Positions 63,405 to 64,000 of a stretch of 64,000 nt of DNA are shown piece by piece. The DNA comes from Euprymna scolopes. Taxonomy: Eukaryota. The translations under genes were made by a program, and so were the position numbers. The stretch's first letter is position 1. Every line of letters begins with the position of its first letter. The notes beneath the pieces were generated by a model. That model was not told the origin of the DNA. It ran no database searches and saw nothing but the letters and a program-made list of their open reading frames with translations. Location: NCBI GenBank assembly GCA_053919585.1, contig CM132792.1; one strand, written 5' to 3'.

Positions 63405-64000
63405 AACATCATGTCTGCAGTAAAACTAGGCCGGTACTGGGTTGTAACGTTCAATGTTGCCAAAGCTAAGTTTATTTCCTTTGATAACTTGAAGAAAGCT
63501 TCTCAAGTACATATTGCCATGGCTAATAATACACTGCCTGAAAGTACTCTCCTTCAGCTCTTAGAGTTAACATTCACAGACAACATGAATTAGAACACAT
63601 GATTTGAAGCAATTACCAAGGCTGCTGTGATGAAGGCGTGCTCTCCCTACCAAGATACAAGACTACTGGTACCGGAGGATATTCTTTATCTATACAAGGC
63701 CATGGTTGGCTCATTCAAGGAGTATTGCTTCCCCATCTGGTTTGTACATCTGCCACTAGTCTCTCGCTCGTAGACAGGGTTCAAATAAGAGTTGTAAACG
63801 ATTATCAACTAAACTGTAACCTCTGTCCCATCGCCGAGAGGTGGCATATTTATGCCTGTTTTACAAGAATTTCAATGGCAAGTGCCCTGACGAACTTCGA
63901 ACACTAATACCCTTGCGACGACAATTTTCTTGACAAACCCGACAAGCAGAAAAAATCCACCCCTACACAGAAGAGACCCCTAGATGATGTAAAGCTTTTT
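63405..64000 (+). mobile_element. CR1-like LINE 3' RT fragment (family B), runs off the window
   Basis: WVVTFNVAKAK, LLELTFTDNMN, ILYLYKA, EYCFPIW. Confidence 0.85.

Overview
AT-rich eukaryotic DNA that looks like an invertebrate animal genome, with three assembly gaps and many (TA)n microsatellites. No host protein-coding gene could be supported; nearly all recognisable sequence is decayed transposable-element DNA. Autonomous-type elements: three members of one Gypsy-like LTR family (two near full length, 16538-20196 + and 44627-48632 -), a 3' fragment of another Gypsy, several CR1-like and RTE LINEs, Penelope-like elements (Naiad-type and Penelope/Poseidon-type), three mariner remnants and a Helitron-like element. 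The window is also rich in small-RNA-derived mobile elements. Best leads: (1) both LTR elements lack a normal TGG-type primer-binding site and instead carry a 10-12 nt sequence complementary to the extreme 5' end of tRNA-Phe, suggesting an unusual priming mechanism; (2) a 407-bp insertion flanked by a 15-bp direct repeat whose head derives from U2 snRNA (SINEU-like); (3) a ~420-nt tandem/permuted element with Pol III boxes and a minimal hammerhead ribozyme (retrozyme/Sm-alpha-like) in 2-3 copies; (4) about nine hammerhead motifs in total; (5) 5S rRNA-headed SINEs. All calls come from manual reading and remembered family motifs; no searches were run, and boundaries of decayed elements are approximate.
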